The notes beneath the pieces were generated by a model that searched no databases, was not told where the DNA came from, and saw nothing but the letters and a program-made list of their open reading frames with translations. A DNA stretch of 64,000 nt from contig OX597819.1 of the NCBI GenBank assembly GCA_951406725.2, positions 63,302,001-63,366,000 of the forward strand, given 5' to 3'. Below, piece by piece: positions 1 through 13,971 of the stretch. Numbering within the stretch: position 1 is the first letter of the stretch; every line of letters begins with the position of its first letter. Both the position numbers and the translations under genes were made by a program. The stretch comes from Octopus vulgaris. Lineage: Eukaryota.

Positions 1-265
1 CACAGCTGAACAAAAACATATGGTAAGGTCACGTGATTTGTTCAAACGGTTCAAATAAGAATTGTTTCATTCAAAATAGACTATAAAACAGTTAAATGAG
101 ATCACTCGGCGTGTGGGAGCCGAGTGGCCGTCATTCCATCTTTCATTAATTTTTTCATTTCCATACGTTTGTCTTTTTTCCCCACCACCTTTCTGTTTTG
201 TTCGTCCTTGTGCTGTCCCCTCTGTGTAAGACCCTTGTAAGTTAAAAATTTGAATCCTGAATAAC

Positions 266-360
266 ATACTCCCTGATGAAAGAGTCAGTATCCAATTTTT
301 GCAGGGAAAATAACCTTAAAACCTATGGATTACTGTGTCCCTGAAACGGCCGTAAAAGGA
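266..360 (+). ncRNA. Degenerate minimal type I hammerhead motif in a Penelope-like terminal-repeat remnant
   Basis: CTGATGA 273-279; imperfect helix II (CAGTA-TCCA / TGGATTACTG); GAAA-CGGCCG-TA 343-354 with palindromic helix III; helix I poorly preserved. Confidence 0.55.
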
Positions 361-832
361 TTACCACCAATAGTTTATCTAAACAGGGTTACTTATTCTC
401 TTGGATTATTTACATATGCTTTTTGAAAAATCCAATCTCAACGCTACGATGTTTTTTTTTTTTATTTACTCTTCGGAAGACTATTTTATACACCTGTTTG
501 TGAGCGTGTATTTTATATTTAAATAATTTTTACAATGCCATTCTACAGCGCCTCTTAACATGAATGCTACTCTAAATATATTTTTATATATCTATACTTT
601 TATCATCTAATTTCACTCATCTATTTATATATGTATATTGAATTTTTATATATTTATGTATTCATGGATTTTAAATACGTTTTAATATTTTAATGACTGA
701 TAAATTTGTATATTTAAAAACTGATATGCATCGATCCATGGCACAATTTGTTTATTTACATAGTTGCATTGTTGTGAACGTATCTGAAATTCTCCTGATA
801 CACTCACAAACACAAAACACACACACACACAT

Positions 833-890
<58 letters not shown>

Positions 891-902
891 CATATACATA
901 CA

Positions 903-1056
903 AACGACAGGTTCCTTTCTGTTTCCGTCTACTAAATCTATTCACAAGAATTCTGGTCGGGTCATTGCTATAGTAGAAGACATTTGGCCAAGCTGCTACT
1001 CAGAACCAAGAACTAAGTGGTTGGAAAGCAAACCTCTTGCCACACAGCCACTCCTG
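903..1056 (-). mobile_element. tRNA-derived CORE-like SINE (family A), 5' half
   Basis: Diverged reverse-complement match to the head of the full copy at 42754-43168. Confidence 0.75.
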
Positions 1057-2998
1057 GGTCTACCAATCAATCAATCAATCTATGTATGTATATATGTATT
1101 TATGTATGTATCTATCTACGTATCTATCTATCCACACACACATGCTTACATACATACATAAATATATGTATTTCCGTATGTGTGTGTGTGTGTGTACGAA
1201 TATCAATAGTGAAACGATTCAATCCTGTGTAAATAAGAATGCTAATCAAAGAGAAGAAATGTACACGACACCATTCACAGACAACTGATTGCTTTGTATT
1301 GTATTACATACACCAGGCTATATAACTGAAAATATCCTACATACACTATTATTATAGAGAAATATTTCGAAGCTCAGGAGACGGTTAATAGGATATTTAT
1401 ATAAGACACACTTCCCATACACACTCATGTGCACAGACACGGGCATAAGAAGATACAAGTAAGTGACAGTGTGCAAATCTTGCAGAAGGCGCTGATACGA
1501 AATGTCTTACTTTATGAGCAGTACATAAATTACACATTCTTCGTTTTCAACTTAGATTCTATATACCTAAATGCATGCATACTCCTTTACATAAAACTAA
1601 AATGGATCTCCGTCTATTTGGATGATGATTATTTTATTTTATTATTTCTAATTTCATCAGTTAAACGGTTTGATAAATGAACAATTTTTTTTTTATTGCT
1701 GAGTATCACAATAACATACGTATGCTTGATTTTGCCTGCAATTATAGGCCAAGATAGTGGTTAGAAAGTTGAAGGTAAAGGTAGCTCAGTCTATTGCAAT
1801 TACTGTCAATCTGGCGGGTTTCACAGTTTCCATCTACGCAGTTTCACTAGAGAATCTTTGGTGGTCTCCAAGATCAGCTGAATGTAATATACCATACCAA
1901 ATAGATCAGGCACTGACATCGAACACGAGTCCTGACGGTACATAACTAATCGGCTCTGCAATGATGGAAGCCATACGAAATATACAAACACGCAGTCACC
2001 CACTCACATACAGAAACAGAAATACGAACACACACATATGCCCATATTCACGCTTACATAGTTACTTTGGCTATACATACATACGCTCACATAAACACTC
2101 ATACATATATATAAAATTAATGTATATCTATATATGTATGTGTGTATGTATGTACGTATCTATATATACACCCCTCACACTCATATGAATATTCATTGAC
2201 ATACATACATACATACATACATACATACATACACACTTATGCATATATCCCAACACAAACGCCTGTATGCTGACGTCTATATTGAATTACAAACAGTTAT
2301 TGAATTACAATGCAGATTTTAAGCGCTTAAGATTTTCGATAAAGTTTCCTTCGATATTGAGACGGATAATAAAGATTTTATCTCATAACTTAGAAGTATC
2401 TAGAAACAACAGAGAATTGTCCATCATCTATTTCCATTTGACGATGTTGTAAATGTTTGCGATCGACAATAACGGCTTTAATGTCCTTCATTAACTTGGT
2501 CCGAAATTTTCTCAGTTCATCGCTAACAAACAGATATATATCTGTGTACTGCTACGTGTCCTTCTGCGAGTGTGCTCTAATGTGAGTAGGTGTGTGGGCG
2601 TGTGTGAATCTGCAGCTGCGTCAGTGTTGTGTTTTTATACATGTGTGTATATATGTATGTGTGTGTGTGTTTCTAGATATATATGTAAGTAACGTGTGTA
2701 TGCATGTATCAGTATGCGTCCATTTCATTAAATACGGCGTTAGAATATATGTATGGCCATGTTGTATGACTAAGTACGTAAACTTATATATAATGTATAC
2801 AAGTACGTGTATTTATGTGTATATATATATGCGTGTGTGTGTGTGCAAATGTGTGCGAGTGTATGCATATTTAGATATTTTGCGTGTCCTTTATAAGTAT
2901 ACATTCATGGATGATATATATACATATATATATATTTATACATATTACATACATATATATATACACACATACGCACAAACATATATACATATATATAC

Positions 2999-3075
<77 letters not shown>

Positions 3076-3576
3076 AATATATGTATATATGTATGTGTGT
3101 GTATGTAAATGTATAGTATGAACTTTAATAAATGTTTATATTTGTATATGCATAAGCAGATGTGTGTATGAACATATATATGCGTATATGCATATGCGTA
3201 TGTCTTCTGTTACACACATGCTATGTACCATGCAGACATACTCACTTACAATTCACGTGATTTACTTGTTCTTCGATTCATCATGCTACATCTTAGCCTC
3301 ACTAGAATTGTCCATCATATGATTCTATAATAAATGTTATGTTTCCATTAGATATTATGTTACACACACACACCTACATACAGATACCAATGCACACACG
3401 CTACAAACACATGCATACGTATAGGTATACATACATACATACATACATACATACATACATCCATCCATACATCCATACATCCATACATCCATACATACAT
3501 ACATACATACATACATACACACATACATATATATAAAGGCGGCTACGCCTATGTGGAGATTTATACTGATATAAAC

Positions 3577-3733
3577 ATAGCCATGGTTGTGTCGTAAGTA
3601 ACTTGCTCCCTAACCAAGTGGCCTTGGTTTCAATCCCACTCTGCAGCACCTTGGACGTATTCACCTGTAGCTCCGGGCCGACCAAATCTTTTTGAATTGT
3701 TTTTGTAGACGGAAACTAAAAGAAAGCTTTCGT
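3577..3733 (+). mobile_element. SINE family A, 5' half
   Basis: GGTTTCAATCCCACT..GCACCTTGG..GGGCCGACCAAA..GTAGACGGAAACT matches other copies. Confidence 0.75.
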
Positions 3734-4129
3734 CTTTCTCTCTCTCTCTCTTTCTCTCTCGCGCGCGTGCACTCTATATATATATACACGTATATTTATA
3801 TTTATATATAATTAAATAAGGTATTACCATTCTTCTTATTATTAATAGTAATAATAATGATAATAATTGTAAAGTGGATAGCAAATTTATACCTGTATAA
3901 GTAAAATATACAAACAAAATTTACAGTTCTATATTTGAGAGATGAGGAATTACGTACATAATCTACATTAGACGGATAGTTATCCTCGTCGGGTTTATTG
4001 CTAACACAACGTTTCGGCTGTTGTAACCTGGGGTACACCTTAAGAATGAGAACCTGGGTCGTCATTCTTAGGGTATTTTTCCAATGTTGTTGTTGTTGTT
4101 ATTATTATCATTATCATTATCATTATTAA

Positions 4130-4207
<78 letters not shown>

Positions 4208-4304
4208 TGTCACTGCCTGGATTCAAACTCGGAATCTTGGAGTTAGTAGCCCACGGTCTTAACCACCACACCATATGGAGCAATTATGGAGTGAATTTTA
4301 GGGC

Positions 4305-4588
4305 TTATAAATCTAATATTTTCCTATCCTTCCTTAATACCAGTTCCCATATGTTCCTCATATCTGCACTAGGTCTCCTTATGAGATTACTATGTCCTAG
4401 CATATGTGCTGCTTCTTTTAGTTTTCGTATTTTCCAGTGGTGTTCTTTATCTATTATTTTAACTTCATCCCACTGGGGAAGGTGGTCTCCGTTTTTCCAT
4501 ACATAAACAGCTATACCCGCTTCATCAATATCTTCTCATCTCACAGCTTTGCGATGTTCTCCTACCCTCATTTTGAGGGGGCGGCAGT
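4305..4588 (-). pseudogene. Penelope-like element GIY-YIG endonuclease C-terminal remnant
   Basis: Minus-strand translation CRPLKMRVGEHRKAVR*EDIDEAGIAVYVWKNGDHLPQWDEVKIIDKEHHWKIRKLKEAAHM, the typical PLE EN C-terminus (R..EH, H...WD.VKII.KE, RK.KEA). Confidence 0.8.
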
Positions 4589-4890
4589 GAATTGATTAAT
4601 ATTAATAATTAATTATATAATCTCAAGTTTTAAAACGCGCTCATAATTTTCTTGTTTTCTTAAACATTTTCTAGAACAATACTATGTACAAAAACATATA
4701 TATAGCACCCTAGGCATAACACCAACCACAAATTCTAACTTGTTGTCTCTTGAGGTCTCTCGGTGAGACTTGGAGCCAAGGAAAAGTCAAACATAAAATG
4801 ATAACAACAACAACAACAACAACAACAACAATAATAATAATATGGAAAAAATACCTTAGGAATAAGAATCCAGTTTCGAAATTCTCCCAG

Positions 4891-4936
4891 AACACATGAT
4901 GAAGGCTGGACAGTGCATCAGTCGAAAAGTTGTGTT
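4891..4936 (+). ncRNA. Degenerate minimal type I hammerhead
   Basis: AACAC (a)TGATGA A GGCTG..CAGTC GAAA (a)G TT GTGTT; helix I AACAC/GTGTT; the inverted copy at 4003-4020 keeps CAGCCGAAACGTTGTGTT. Confidence 0.65.
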
Positions 4937-5197
4937 AACAACAAACAAGATGGGGACAAATATCCGTCAAATGTAAATAATGTAAACAAAATTTCGTAGA
5001 GTGTTACAAGACCACTTGCTATAAACAGAGCTATCGCTCTAAAGTCATAGATTTCTCACTATTGAAATACATACGGCGAATGCAACGACTATAACAGAAA
5101 TACAGCACTTACACAGCGTACCTATTCGTTTAGATCACCAGGGAACTAAACCGCCATATTCTGTATACATACATACATGCACACATACATACATACA

Positions 5198-5200
<3 letters not shown>

Positions 5201-5229
<29 letters not shown>

Positions 5230-5298
5230 CTTCTTCTTCTTCTTCTTCTTCTTCTTCTTCTTCTTCTTCTTCTTCTTCTTCTTCTTCTTCTTCTTCTT
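5201..5298. repeat. (TTC)n microsatellite
   Basis: Pure TTC run. Confidence 0.95.
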
Positions 5299-5548
5299 CC
5301 TCTCTGCCAAGAATTCACGACGTCCTTGGACCCATAGTAAGCAAGTGAGGCAGAGACAGGCAGAAACAAGGAAAATGCCCCTTGTACTTGAATACTATGC
5401 AAATATTCTTTTAAAAAACTTTTCTTTTAATTCTTCCAAAATTTGTTTTCCATTCTTACAGTTGAAAAAGTCTCAATAACTGAAACCGGTACTGAAATGT
5501 TTTTTATAGAATTATTTTAGCATTTTCTACCTTGACTTTTACTTTTTT

Positions 5549-5585
<37 letters not shown>

Positions 5586-5589
<4 letters not shown>

Positions 5590-6854
5590 GTCATCCCATT
5601 AGTTCTGTCCGATTTTACCATTTTAAAAACTGAATGAAGTGTAATAGTATTTTAGAATGTCTACTGGAATTAAAATTTATTTTTATGCATTTGTGTAAAC
5701 TTAAACTATTGAAATATTATTTTCTAGAGTAATACAATTAAAATTTCTTTTTTCAATTAAAACCCTTTCTAACATGGAAGTATCCAAAGAGAATTTCGGG
5801 CACATAATGCTTTATGAGTACAAAAAAAGAAACACTGGAACCAAAGCGATTCGAAACATACTCAGTTTATGGGAAAGAATGGTTGAATGAGAGATCTTGC
5901 AGAAGATAGTTTGCAAAATTCAGAAGTGGAGATTTCAGCCTTGGACGTCCAGTTGAGTTTGATGATAAGCCCCCTAAGGCATTACTTGGAGAAAATCCTG
6001 CATTATCAGTTGAAGAATTGGCAATAAAGCTAAGTTCAAACCATACAACTGTTCATCGTCATCTACAATAACTTGGAAAGGTTTCTAAACATGGAAAATG
6101 GGTGCCTCATGAATTGTCCGAAAGCAACCGCAAATCCCTAATTGACATCTGCTCTTCTCTCCATTCTCACGAACTCATTTCACCCTTTTGGATAGACTTG
6201 TAACTGCTGACGAAAAATGGATCTCCTATCGAAATGTTAAACGTCGTAAACACTGGCTTGGTAAAAGGGAAAAAGCTCAACCACAACCGAGAAGGGAACT
6301 TCATGGAAAAAAGATTCTTTTCTCTATCTGGTGGGATTGCAAAGGAGAAATTCACTTTGAATTGTTACCACCTAATGCAATAATCAATGCTCTTATCTAG
6401 TGTCAGCAATAAGAGCGTTTGAACCAAGCTTTGAAGAAAAAAGCCCCACTTTAGTGAATCGAAATGGAATGATGTTTCATCAGGACAACGCACGACCCCA
6501 CACTGCAAAGGTCATATCACAGAAGATTGAAGAGCTTAGTTGGGAAAAATCCCTCATCCACGTTCTTCTCCCGACCTTGCTCTTTCAGATTACCATGTGT
6601 TTCGTAGTTTACAGAATCATTTGGGAGACATAACTTTCGCAAGCCAGGAGGAGGTCGAAACTGAGATTTCAGAGTTCTTCGATTTGAAAGCAAAATAGTT
6701 TTACACTGATGGGATTAAACCGCTTGTAAATAGATGGAAGGATGTCATAGATAATCAGGGAAAGTACATTGATGATTAAATCTCAATTAAATATAACATT
6801 GGATCACTTGTTTTCTTTATTCAAAATTCGGACAGAATTTATAGAATGACCTGA
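5586..6854 (+). mobile_element. Full-length but inactivated mariner (DD34D) transposon
   Basis: ~30-bp TIRs (TCCGGTCATCCCATTAGTTCTGTCCGATTTT / AAAATTCGGACAGAATTTATAGAATGACCTGA) inside (TA)n; ~1.27 kb. Confidence 0.92.
5774..6779 (+). pseudogene. Mariner transposase pseudogene
   Basis: WVPHEL, TADEKWI, HQDNARPH and SPDLA.SDYH motifs; several stops and frameshifts. Confidence 0.9.
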
Positions 6855-7104
6855 TATATATATATATATATATATAATAGAAATATTAAAATTACTAAGT
6901 CTCTCTAAAGGAGATTACGGCAGCGCTACTGGAAATTAATAGTTATCGCCATACTAATACGGCAGTCTTATAAATATAAGACTAAAGCTGTCGCTGATTA
7001 GCTCCAAGAGGCCACCGCCTCAAGCTAGCTATTTGACACACAACCTGCGTCCATTATAAACCTTCGAACAAAGGAGGTCAGCCGCTTCATCCTGCCAGTC
7101 ACAC

Positions 7105-7143
7105 AGCTACAGACATGTTTCAGGGTTGTTGCCCCTTATCAAT
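7105..7143 (-). ncRNA. 5'-truncated minimal hammerhead at the edge of a Penelope-like repeat (~6875-7143)
   Basis: (t)TGATAA GGG gcaacaa CCCT GAAA CATG TC TGTAG; palindromic ACATGT helix III. Confidence 0.5.
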
Positions 7144-7679
7144 ATATATATATTTGTACTCCCTCATCGAAGGCGGCGTTTGAGTGTTCAGTTATTGAAC
7201 CAGCAGCCGAACGACCTGCAAAAATGATTTGTTTATAGCGATCAGATGTTCGTGCCGGACACCAGCTCATACTCTCAATCAAATCGACGTTCTCAGTTAT
7301 CTGAAATGTAGTCTCTTTTAAATTGAGCTTCATATTTAAGGAAGAAGTTAACAACTGTACTGTGCACCACGCGTTAGATGTCGAAGTGAACGCAGAGCAA
7401 AGTGAGATGACATTTTTGCTCAAGTAACGAACGCATCACCCTATCTAGGAACCAAAACTGCAACCTCCCAAACACTATGACATGCGTCCTCACACACACA
7501 CATATCAAATGTGTCGACGTCATTGAGGCTCATGGTAATCAAAGATCCAGTTTTCAATCCTCAAAAGAATCTCTCTTGTATCCTGCAAATTTAACCTGAG
7601 AAACAATACAAGCTTAAATGCAAATTTAGGTCGGATATCAGTATAGAATGTATTGATTCCAAATTTTGAATGAGTGATA

Positions 7680-7845
7680 TAATCAATTAAATCAACTCCA
7701 GTGCTCAACCAGTAATTATTTTATCGACTCTGGAATAATGAAAGGCGTAGTCAACCACGGCGGAATTCAAGCTCAGTATGTAATAACGAAATACTAGTAA
7801 ACATTCCCCCCAGCTTGGTAAAGATTCTATCAGCTTGCCGCCCCA
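7680..7845 (-). mobile_element. Degraded SINE family B (Meta-domain-like)
   Basis: Similar to 41912-42150 and 10270-10425 (GCCTTTCATYHTTYC..GTCGATAAA motif on minus). Confidence 0.6.
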
Positions 7846-7902
7846 TGATAGAAGAATATATCTTCTTTGTTATAGATAATTAAATTATCAGTAAAATAAT
7901 AA

Positions 7903-7974
<72 letters not shown>

Positions 7975-8788
7975 ATGTATATGTATATATATCGATCTGC
8001 TAACAGATATGTACATACGCACACACAAGTAATAACGACGAACATGTGAATATCTATGCAGAATTACTGAATAACATCCAGAGAAAATAAATATTATATG
8101 AACGCAGTCGTTAACATGTATCTGTATCATACGGAAAGTTTAAAAAGGATAATTGATAATAATGCTGATAATAAAATTGATAATAACGTACTATCGACAT
8201 TCACACCATTTGATAATGGATTCTGACTTTACGCTATTTTGGATATTATTCTGCTGGCGTCGTATTAAATGATAGCATGGCACTGGATTCATTCTTCATC
8301 GATCGCTAAGAAGAATGGCATAATAGGCGTCAGAAGGAAATGTCACATGTTATTGAGCCTACATGACTTGTGTCAATTGTTTTGCGTCATGCGGTGCTAC
8401 TGCTTCGTATAGCTAATGTGAGAATAATAATTAAAACATTAAAAAGAGAAATAAAACGAACCAAAAACGGAAAATACAACATCGCCGACAAAACGAATTC
8501 ACAAATTCTTTTTTCTTTTATTATTATTCTCCATGAGGCATTTAGCGAAATACTAGAAACGTAGGAAACTAAATATGTATAAGTCTAATTCAATAGATCA
8601 TCAAAATAAAAAAAAGGAAATAAAGTTGTGTAAATTGTCGTCTATGAGGAACATTCTCCGCAGAAAAAGATTTTAAAAATGTGTAATTGAATTAATGGAA
8701 AAAAAAGCATTGCACCTATATAAATATATATATAAGAAATTAATAAAGGAAAACACCCACACTTACATAGTTTTAATATAATCTTTAA

Positions 8789-8824
8789 TATATCGACCGG
8801 TTTCGCTATCGCTATTCATGATAT
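8789..8824 (-). ncRNA. Degenerate minimal hammerhead
   Basis: ATATC atgaata GC gata GC GAAA CCGG TC GATAT; helix I ATATC/GATAT; core box has two changes. Confidence 0.45.
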
Positions 8825-9541
8825 TATGTTTTACTTATTTGTCTATATATATATTTTTTAAGAAGATATTTTGTCCATGTGTGTGATGAAATTCACGAGT
8901 GAATGACTTCACAAGTAGATAAAGGGAGGTAATTTGTTGTCGTTATTATTGTTATGGTTGTGTTTAAGGGAGGGGAATATATATGTGTACAGACAGAGAC
9001 AAGTTTCAAAAGGAAAGACATCTGTGAGACGGAAGAAATAAATTCTTTGCAACGATGGGAAAACAGTGTTAACTTCTTCCTTAAATATGAAGCTCAATTT
9101 AAAAGAGACTACATTTCAGATAACCCCTTCCTAAAAAACCCCAGAAAAATGCATCTACTCAAATAAATACACATCCACCTAGATCAAACAATCAAAATCC
9201 AAAAGAACACAAACACAGAAAGCAACCCAAAGCCCTAGAAGTAAACTATTCTCTATCTAATAACATGAACTACTTATCAAATAGAAACATTAGAAGAAAC
9301 CAGCCTAAAGTAAGGAGTAATAATTTTTTCTACCCAGCATCTAGAAATATCCAAGAGACCTCCTTTACTCCCCTAACGAAGAGACAACATATATATATAA
9401 ACGCAAATTTGATAAACTAGCGGAAGCGTTTTTAGCTGATATTATCTGTGGACGGGTTAATTTCTAAGAAAGTAAACCCATTAGATTTCAACTGGACTAT
9501 ATATTATTGCTGCCGGGAGCTGGCGTGCCAATCGTCGCCAT

Positions 9542-9610
9542 GTCGATCGTTCGTAAAGTCGATCGGTCGTAAAGTCGAACGGTCGTAAGTCGGATAGGTC
9601 ATAAGTCGAC
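9542..9610. repeat. CpG-rich ~16-bp tandem repeat (GTCGATCGGTCGTAAA, about 4.4 units)
   Basis: Units start at 9542, 9558, 9574, 9589, 9605. Confidence 0.85.
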
Positions 9611-9741
9611 GACGATTTATATTTAAAGAGAGATTATTTAGTTCGATGATGGGAACCATAAGTTTTCTAATGAGTTAATATAACATTTTAACTTTCATAG
9701 CGATTTTTCGTAGCCATTTATAATTCGGTCAATCCGTTTAC

Positions 9742-9815
<74 letters not shown>

Positions 9816-9844
9816 GTCTGTCTTTCTCTCTATCTACCTACATT

Positions 9845-9933
<89 letters not shown>
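9742..9933. repeat. (CTAT)n tetranucleotide arrays
   Basis: Direct observation. Confidence 0.95.
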
Positions 9934-9934
<1 letters not shown>

Positions 9935-10182
9935 AATCTACATACGTGTGTGTGGGTGTGCATGTTTGTCTGTGCGTGCGCACGTATATACAATATGGCT
10001 CGACGGTGAATTATGCCATATTGGTATGACGAGGTACCTATTTCTGTTCCACGTAACAGCATTTCTGACAAAATGTCTTTTTCAATATAACCGGGTCAAC
10101 TCAAGCCATAAGTGGGAAATTCGTTATACAGATTGAACCTCTATTTCGAAGGTTTCATCCTAGCTTTGTTACTATACCAAAA

Positions 10183-10222
<40 letters not shown>

Positions 10223-10269
10223 ATTTCAAATTTTGTCACAAGGTCAGTAATGTCTGCTGGGTGGCTAAT

Positions 10270-10425
10270 TCGCTTAAATCAACCCCAGTGCTCAGCTGGT
10301 AATTATTTTATCGACACTGAAAGGATGAAAGTCTACCTCGGCGGAATTTGAACTCATGGCGTAAAGAAAGACGAAGTAATGGTAAGAATTTTGCTCGTGC
10401 TAACGATTCAGCTAATTTGCCGCCT
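10270..10425 (-). mobile_element. SINE family B (Meta-domain-like), degraded
   Basis: Matches the 41975-42145 copy. Confidence 0.65.
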
Positions 10426-11730
10426 TATGTTATAAAATATATAAAATAATTCAATAATGCATTAATTTGAAGAATTAAACTACCATAAAATGTACGAGAA
10501 ACTGATCAGATAGTTACTTTCTAACAGCATTACAGAAATCTATCTGCATACTGCCACGACATATATAATGATATAACGAAGAAAAACGCAGGAAACGTGT
10601 AAAAACAACCCCTAAAATCTAGTGATGTTTCAGTAAACGTCAGTTGTTTGAATCCTATAGATATTCCACGAATCTCCATGAAGGTCAATCAATACAGAAA
10701 AATCGGAGGTACGATTCGTTTGTGGGAAGACCCGAATCTGTATAACCTATGAAAGCAAGAAAACCGCAAAACGACGTCTATGATATTATGATAATGCTAT
10801 TTATTATTTAGGATTATTTAGCATATCCATGTAGTTACTGAACTTAGCATTGCTGGTTTATCCCTCTATATCTAAGTCTCTTCTCTCATTTATTGTAGAT
10901 TTTAATTAGAACTCCAGTACGAAAATGCTGAATTATAATTCATGATGGGATGGTCTAAATTTTTTCTAGAACAGAAGTCTGAACAAAGATCTGACTCATG
11001 AGGTTACATCAGGCGTCATTTGGCAGTACAGAATCAATTCAACATTAGGTTCATACGTCCTAGATGTACTTCATAAAAAATTTACTTACACAGTCTTCTT
11101 TACCTTAATATTAACAGTAATAATAACCACATTCAAGTGAATTATTGAAGGGCGCTATCCACACATTAAGAGCACTCGTCTTCAAAATAAGTATAACAGC
11201 TAATGACTCACATTTCACTGCATTTTAACAGCTAGTTATAAAAACCTTTCAGAAAATCCATTAAAGATTTTTCTTGTATTAACGTAGTGCCATGCCTCCT
11301 CCGTAAATCTGAAGAAACCTTTGAACAACGTTAATAAATGGATATTCTTTCAGTTATCTCATAGGAACATGTTCGATAAAGTTGCCCGTACAACATTAAG
11401 ACATTAGAAGCTAGCAGATTCAAAGAAAAAAATTCGAAACTTAGCTCACAGAAGATGAAGAATAGCTGGTGCTGTAATATCAGATGTCAAACAGAACTGG
11501 TTTTATTCAAAGTAAAATTCAATACATGATATTTCATCATTCTATTATGCTACCACTTCTAGTCTGGCAGTAGATATAGAAGACCTTTTAAGAGATACAA
11601 ATTGAAGAAATGTTACTGTTTTACCATCAACTTCAGAAATGTACCAGAAATTCGTCAACAAAATGAAATTAAAAAAATTCCGTCTACAGATTTCCCCAGT
11701 TGCCACAAATTTATTCCATGTCCGCGTCTC

Positions 11731-11908
<178 letters not shown>

Positions 11909-12898
11909 TCTACCTTCCTACATACCTACAACCCTACCTTTCCACCTACTTGCCTGTCTCTCTCTCTCTCTATCAGTTATCTGCCTCTGTCTCTCGGGAT
12001 GCCTATCTGTCCGTCCGTCCGTCCGTCCGTCTGTCTGTCTGTCTGTTTCTCTCTCTCTCTCTCTCTCTCTTTCTTTCTATCTGTGCCTATCTGTCTGTCC
12101 TTCTGTCTGCTTGCCTCTCGGTCTGTCTTTTTGTCTATCTATCTATCTATCTACCTTTATTGCTTTCTTTCTATCTTTATTCCTCTCAACATTCCTTTTC
12201 CCATCTGTTTTACATTCCCGTTTTTTTAACATTCTCACTCTCTCCCCCATTCAAATATTATCATCTTTCTCTTTCTTAGACATTTCCCCCTTTCTTTTTG
12301 TAATTCTGCCACAGATTTCTGCTATTTCTCTTCCTTACTTGCACATTTTTTGCTCTCTCCCTCTCTGCCTCTCTCCCTGTATCTGTCTCTCACTCCCTTT
12401 CACTCCCCCATTCTCTCTTCTTTCCCTTCCCATTCTTCTACTTTCGGATTCTAGAAATAGATCTTTATCACTAGCGTTTTTCAAAGCAATCTTGCAAAAT
12501 CTCCATCTGTGTGGTTCAACGATTAGCGATACCGACATTAGATTACAGCTTCGTCGGTCCACAGGGACTCGCGTTACATTTATTAATCACGTCATCACCA
12601 ATGGTTAATATTAATAAGCTATTTTGTCACGAAAACAAAAACAAGTTAATTGATGTTTAGACTGAAGCAGTTTTTATTTTCTATCTGGATATCTATATAA
12701 CCTGCAGACAAACACACTTATTTAATGCATGGATAATATATTTGCATATAATATATTACATAAATGCACAACAATACGTACATAAGCATTTCCAAATTGA
12801 CGAAGGCTACCGAAACGCATATTATAGGGACTTTAAGCATGGGAACTATAACTGTACCAGTATAATTTCGTTTAGTGCAAAGCTACTTAACTCATATT

Positions 12899-13116
12899 AC
12901 TCTTTTCTCTTTTAATCTTTTACTTGTTTCAGTCATTTGACTGTGGCCATACTAGAGCACCTACTTTAGTTGAGCAAATGGACCACAGGACTTATTCTTT
13001 GTAAGCTTAGTACTTATTCTATCGGTCTCTTTTGCCGAACCGCTAATTTACGGGGGCGTAAGCACACCAGCATCGGTTGTCAAGCGATGTTGGAGGGGGG
13101 ACAAACACAGACACAC

Positions 13117-13159
<43 letters not shown>

Positions 13160-13354
13160 CACACACACAATATATATATATACATATATACGACGGGCTT
13201 CTTTCAGTTCCCGTCAACCAAATCCACTCACAAGGCTTTGGTCGGCCCGAGGCTATAGTTGAAGACATATGCCCAAAGCGCCACGCAGTGGGACTGAACC
13301 TGGAAACTTGTAGTTCTTAAGCAAGCTACTTACCACACATCCACTCCTGTGCCT
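12899..13354 (-). mobile_element. SINE family A, full length, with internal (CA)n/(TA)n tract
   Basis: tRNA-like head, CORE-like segment, central microsatellite, 3' CAGTCAAATGACTG hairpin and AAAAGA-type tail. Confidence 0.9.
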
Positions 13355-13933
13355 GGGTAAATAATACACAGAACGAGGGAGGTCGCATTGAAACAGTACA
13401 TCACCCGGACGTCTCGGTCATGTATGTTCAACAGAAGTAATCATTGTTAGAATACATAAGTCACTAACGTGTATAAAAATGATTCCGTTTGATTTCTACA
13501 TCAAATAGAATATCCTAGCGCATAGCAGGTTCTATACAAATATCCTGAAAATCATACGACTAAAAACGCCGGATATTATGCATCTTACATTGACAGAGTA
13601 CATGAAATTCAGAAGCCGTTTCCATCAATATACATTCATACTGAACTGAACAGATCTACCGCAAGCAATCCGCACATCATTTACTTGACACATTAACTGT
13701 TTATTTTTAATTGCATTTAGCATTCATATAGCCCTATCACATCTTCAGCATAGCTAGTTTCTTTTGATTCCATAATCCTTGCCTGTTTTTTTTTTATTTC
13801 TCAGGTAAGAATCACCTTACGTGTCAGTACCTTATTATTATTAGCCATAATCACAACTTCGTCTTATAGCGTGAAATCTAAATTAATAGTTCCAAACGCG
13901 AGGTTGGGGTTCGTGAACTAGATTCCAAATATC

Positions 13934-13971
<38 letters not shown>

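Larger units (their letters stand above)
3945..4985. mobile_element. Penelope-like element remnant with inverted terminal-repeat copies (3945-4083 minus; 4843-4985 plus)
   Basis: Both arms read GGAAAAATACCYTARGAAT...CAGYCGAAAMGTTGTGTTARCAAYAAAC...TATCCGTCWAATGTA and flank the GIY-YIG remnant. Confidence 0.7.

Noticed and set aside
9542-9610. CRISPR-like array
   Set aside because: Repeats are contiguous with no unique spacers; eukaryotic context and no cas genes.
10440-11700. Hidden coding exon or decayed transposase
   Set aside because: No sustained open frame or recognisable motif found by eye.
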